Assembly: GCA_028276145.1 (NCBI GenBank)
Contig: JAPYWX010000002.1
Span: forward strand, 1-35,417
From: Spirochaetota bacterium
Lineage (GTDB): Bacteria; Spirochaetota; Brevinematia; DTOW01
DNA: 35,417 nucleotides
Reading direction: 5' to 3'
Position 1 is the first letter of the stretch; every line of letters begins with the position of its first letter. The translations under genes and the position numbers were made by a program. Positions 33,511 through 35,417 of the stretch are shown here, piece after piece. Under the pieces are notes generated by a model. That model worked only from the letters and a program-made list of their open reading frames with translations, searched no databases and had not been told where the DNA came from.

Positions 33511-34999
33511 TCATAATTTTTTCTGTTTTTTCGGTTACGAAAAAACTATCAGATATTCTAATTTTTTTACCTAGCTTAGCTAGGCATATTTCTTTGTTTC
33601 CTATGTCAAATACAGTAATGTTTTCTCTTTCGGTTAGTGGTAGTTTTTCATCAATGATTATGTCTTTTAGTTTTTTCTTTCCTTTTTTTATTCTCATGTA
33701 GTCTCCTTCTTTTCTTTTTCTTATCTCCATAGATTTTATGTTTGAGGCATCTATGTAGTATATTCCTTTTTTGCTTTCTTCTTTTAAGAATTCTTTCAAG
33801 TCTTCTTTTTCTAGTAGTGTTAGGTTTTGAACTAGTAATTTTCTGAATGTTTGGTGGTGGATTAGTTTGAGTGTTTTCAGAATTTTTATGAGTGTTTTTA
33901 ACAGGGTTTTTTTTAGTTGTGAGTGTTTTTTTATTTCTAGTACTTGTATTTTTGTGTTTTGTGTGTGGTCTATTATTTTTATTCCGCAGATTTCAAAGAT
34001 TTTTGGGGATTTTTGTGTTTCTTTTTGGATTTTTCTGTAAATTGTTAATTTGTTGTATTCTCTCAGGACTTTGAGTTTTGAGGTTTCTAGTATTTCTTTG
34101 TTGCCTTCTCTGTTTTTGATGTTTTCGTAAACTAGGTTTATTTGTTTCCTTGTGGGTATGTGCTTCAGTGTTTTGAATGCTGTTTTTATTGCTTCTTTTA
34201 TGATGAGTTCGTTTTTTGTTCTTGATAGTTTTTCAATATCAATTGTTAGTTTGTTTTCTGATGGGTTAATTAGGGAGTTCTTGAAGGTTTTTTGGGTTAG
34301 TTTTTCTAATAGTTTTTCTTCTAGCCATAGGTCTTGGATTAGGTTTTTGAGGTGTTCTCTGTAGTTTGGGAATTTTTTTTCTACTAGTGGTAGAATTACA
34401 TTTCTTATGTAGTTTCTTTCGTATGTTGTTTCGTAGTTTGTTTTGTCTATTATGAATGGTACTTTTTCTTTTTCTAGGTACTCGAGTATTTCGCTTTTTG
34501 TGCATTCTATGAGTGGGCGGATTATTTTACCTTTTTTCGGTTTGATTACGCTTAAGCCTTTTATTGATGTTCCTTTGAACATCCTCATTAAGAGTGTTTC
34601 TATGTTGTCGTCTAAATGGTGTGCTGTTGCTATTTTTGTAAATTTTTTTGTTTTGAGTTCTTTTTTTAATATCTTGTATCTGACTAATCTTCCACATTCT
34701 TCTAGTGATAATTTTAGTTTTTTTGATAGTTCTGGTATGTTTTTTCTGTATATGGATAGGGTAATGTTATCTTTTTTACAGAAGGAAGATATTAGTTTTT
34801 CGTCTTCTTTTGCTTCTTCTCTTATCATGTGGTTTAAGTAGATACAATGAATGGAGAGATTGTATTCTTCTTTTAGTTTGTTTAGGATGTTTAGTAAGCA
34901 CATTGAATCGGGACCACCAGAGATTGCTACAATGATTTTGTCATCTTTTTCTATTAGGTTATATTTTTTGATTGTTTCTCTTACCTTTTGTTCTATCAT
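33485..34999 (-). CDS. tilS: tRNA(Ile)-lysidine synthase
   Basis: 504 aa. The N-terminal PP-loop is IVAISGGPDSMCLL, and TAHHLDD..ET is present. A long K/L/T-rich low-complexity middle region is followed by a TilS-like C-terminal domain (EIRKRKEGDYMRI....KKLKDIIIDEKLP...RE). Confidence 0.85.
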   Translation of the reverse strand: MIEQKVRETIKKYNLIEKDDKIIVAISGGPDSMCLLNILNKLKEEYNLSIHCIYLNHMIREEAKEDEKLISSFCKKDNITLSIYRKNIPELSKKLKLSLEECGRLVRYKILKKELKTKKFTKIATAHHLDDNIETLLMRMFKGTSIKGLSVIKPKKGKIIRPLIECTKSEILEYLEKEKVPFIIDKTNYETTYERNYIRNVILPLVEKKFPNYREHLKNLIQDLWLEEKLLEKLTQKTFKNSLINPSENKLTIDIEKLSRTKNELIIKEAIKTAFKTLKHIPTRKQINLVYENIKNREGNKEILETSKLKVLREYNKLTIYRKIQKETQKSPKIFEICGIKIIDHTQNTKIQVLEIKKHSQLKKTLLKTLIKILKTLKLIHHQTFRKLLVQNLTLLEKEDLKEFLKEESKKGIYYIDASNIKSMEIRKRKEGDYMRIKKGKKKLKDIIIDEKLPLTERENITVFDIGNKEICLAKLGKKIRISDSFFVTEKTEKIMIIEFPHLQ

Positions 35000-35013
35000 T
35001 GTAAATTTATTCT

Positions 35014-35400
35014 AAAAGATGCAGAGCATCTTTTTAATTAAAAAGTGCTTAAAGCACATTTTACCAAAAATACAGGATATTTGGGATACGAAGTATCCCA
35101 ACATTAAAAAGGGTGTGCTTATTAGCACTTTCTCAATGAGGTGCTTATTAGCACTCTTCAATAAAAAAGATACAGGGTGTTGGGATACGAAGCATCACAA
35201 GATTAAAAAGGGTATGGTGCTGAATAGAGTTTTTTAAGTGTTTGAAAACTCCTCTAATAAAAAGGTGTTGGAAAGCGAAGCTTTCCAACGAGTGCTTATT
35301 AGCACTTTCTCAATGAGGTGCTTATTAGCACTCTTCAATAAAAAACATACAGGGTGTTGGGATACGAAGTATCCCAACATTAAAAGGGTGGGCGGGTGGG
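35014..35400. repeat. Intergenic hairpin-repeat cluster H, including two copies of a ~98-bp composite unit; truncated by the window end
   Basis: AAAAGATGC-AGA-GCATCTTTT at 35014-35034. GTGCT-N3/4-AGCAC at 35045-35057, 35115-35128, 35141-35154, 35292-35305 and 35318-35331. GAA-loop hairpins at 35081-35101, 35179-35201 (decayed), 35267-35289 and 35356-35378. The composite unit 35115-35213 is repeated at 35292-35389 with about 5 differences. GGGTGGGCGGGTGGG at 35386-35400. Confidence 0.9.
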
Positions 35401-35417
35401 TCTACTTAAAGTTGTTA

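Noticed and set aside
33800-34420. Strongly G+T-skewed, low-complexity stretch on the plus strand that looked like a non-coding repeat
   Set aside because: It is the antisense of the K/L/T/E-rich middle region of tilS. The frame is continuously open and is flanked by clear TilS N- and C-terminal domains, so it is a low-complexity insertion rather than a separate element.
35014-35034. Hairpin AAAAGATGC-AGA-GCATCTTTT as an intrinsic terminator
   Set aside because: It lies in the 5' leader or promoter region of tilS with no upstream plus-strand gene to terminate. It resembles the GATGC-N3-GCATC repeat type also seen at 2519-2531, so I treat it as a member of the repeat family.

Overview
This is an AT-rich, gene-dense bacterial chromosomal window with about 33 protein genes and one tRNA-Asn. 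I cannot assign a lineage from the sequence alone. A flagellar P-ring gene and several lipobox lipoproteins suggest a diderm, and the K/E/I-rich proteins look thermophile-like. Most genes are ordinary housekeeping: accB, tldD, apbE, an Hsp70 paralog, pepP, flgI, mnmA, rpe, hisZ, dapA, corA, queA, ddl, argS, cvpA, tilS, a sensor kinase and a Crp-family regulator. I see no defense island, prophage, transposase, CRISPR array or obvious novel multi-gene system. The unusual part is non-coding. Almost every long intergenic region is packed with a modular family of short hairpin repeats. These regions total about 3.5 kb and are mostly divergent promoter regions. The core repeat is GTGCT-N3/4-AGCAC, with at least 27 exact copies. 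It occurs alongside GAGAGGC-N-GCCTCTC hairpins, 10-bp-stem GAA-loop hairpins that show compensatory substitutions, tandem mini-arrays, and a G-quadruplex-type motif (GGGTGGGCGGGTGGG). In contrast, all seven convergent gene junctions have spacers of 11 bp or less or overlapping stop codons. The other notable locus is a two-gene secreted module at the left edge. Its first gene, a lipoprotein with a MepA/LAS-type Zn-peptidase signature, is interrupted twice. An (AG)6 tract puts the SD-preceded ATG out of frame with the lipobox signal peptide, and there is an in-frame TAG. All product calls come from motif recognition by eye; no database search was run.
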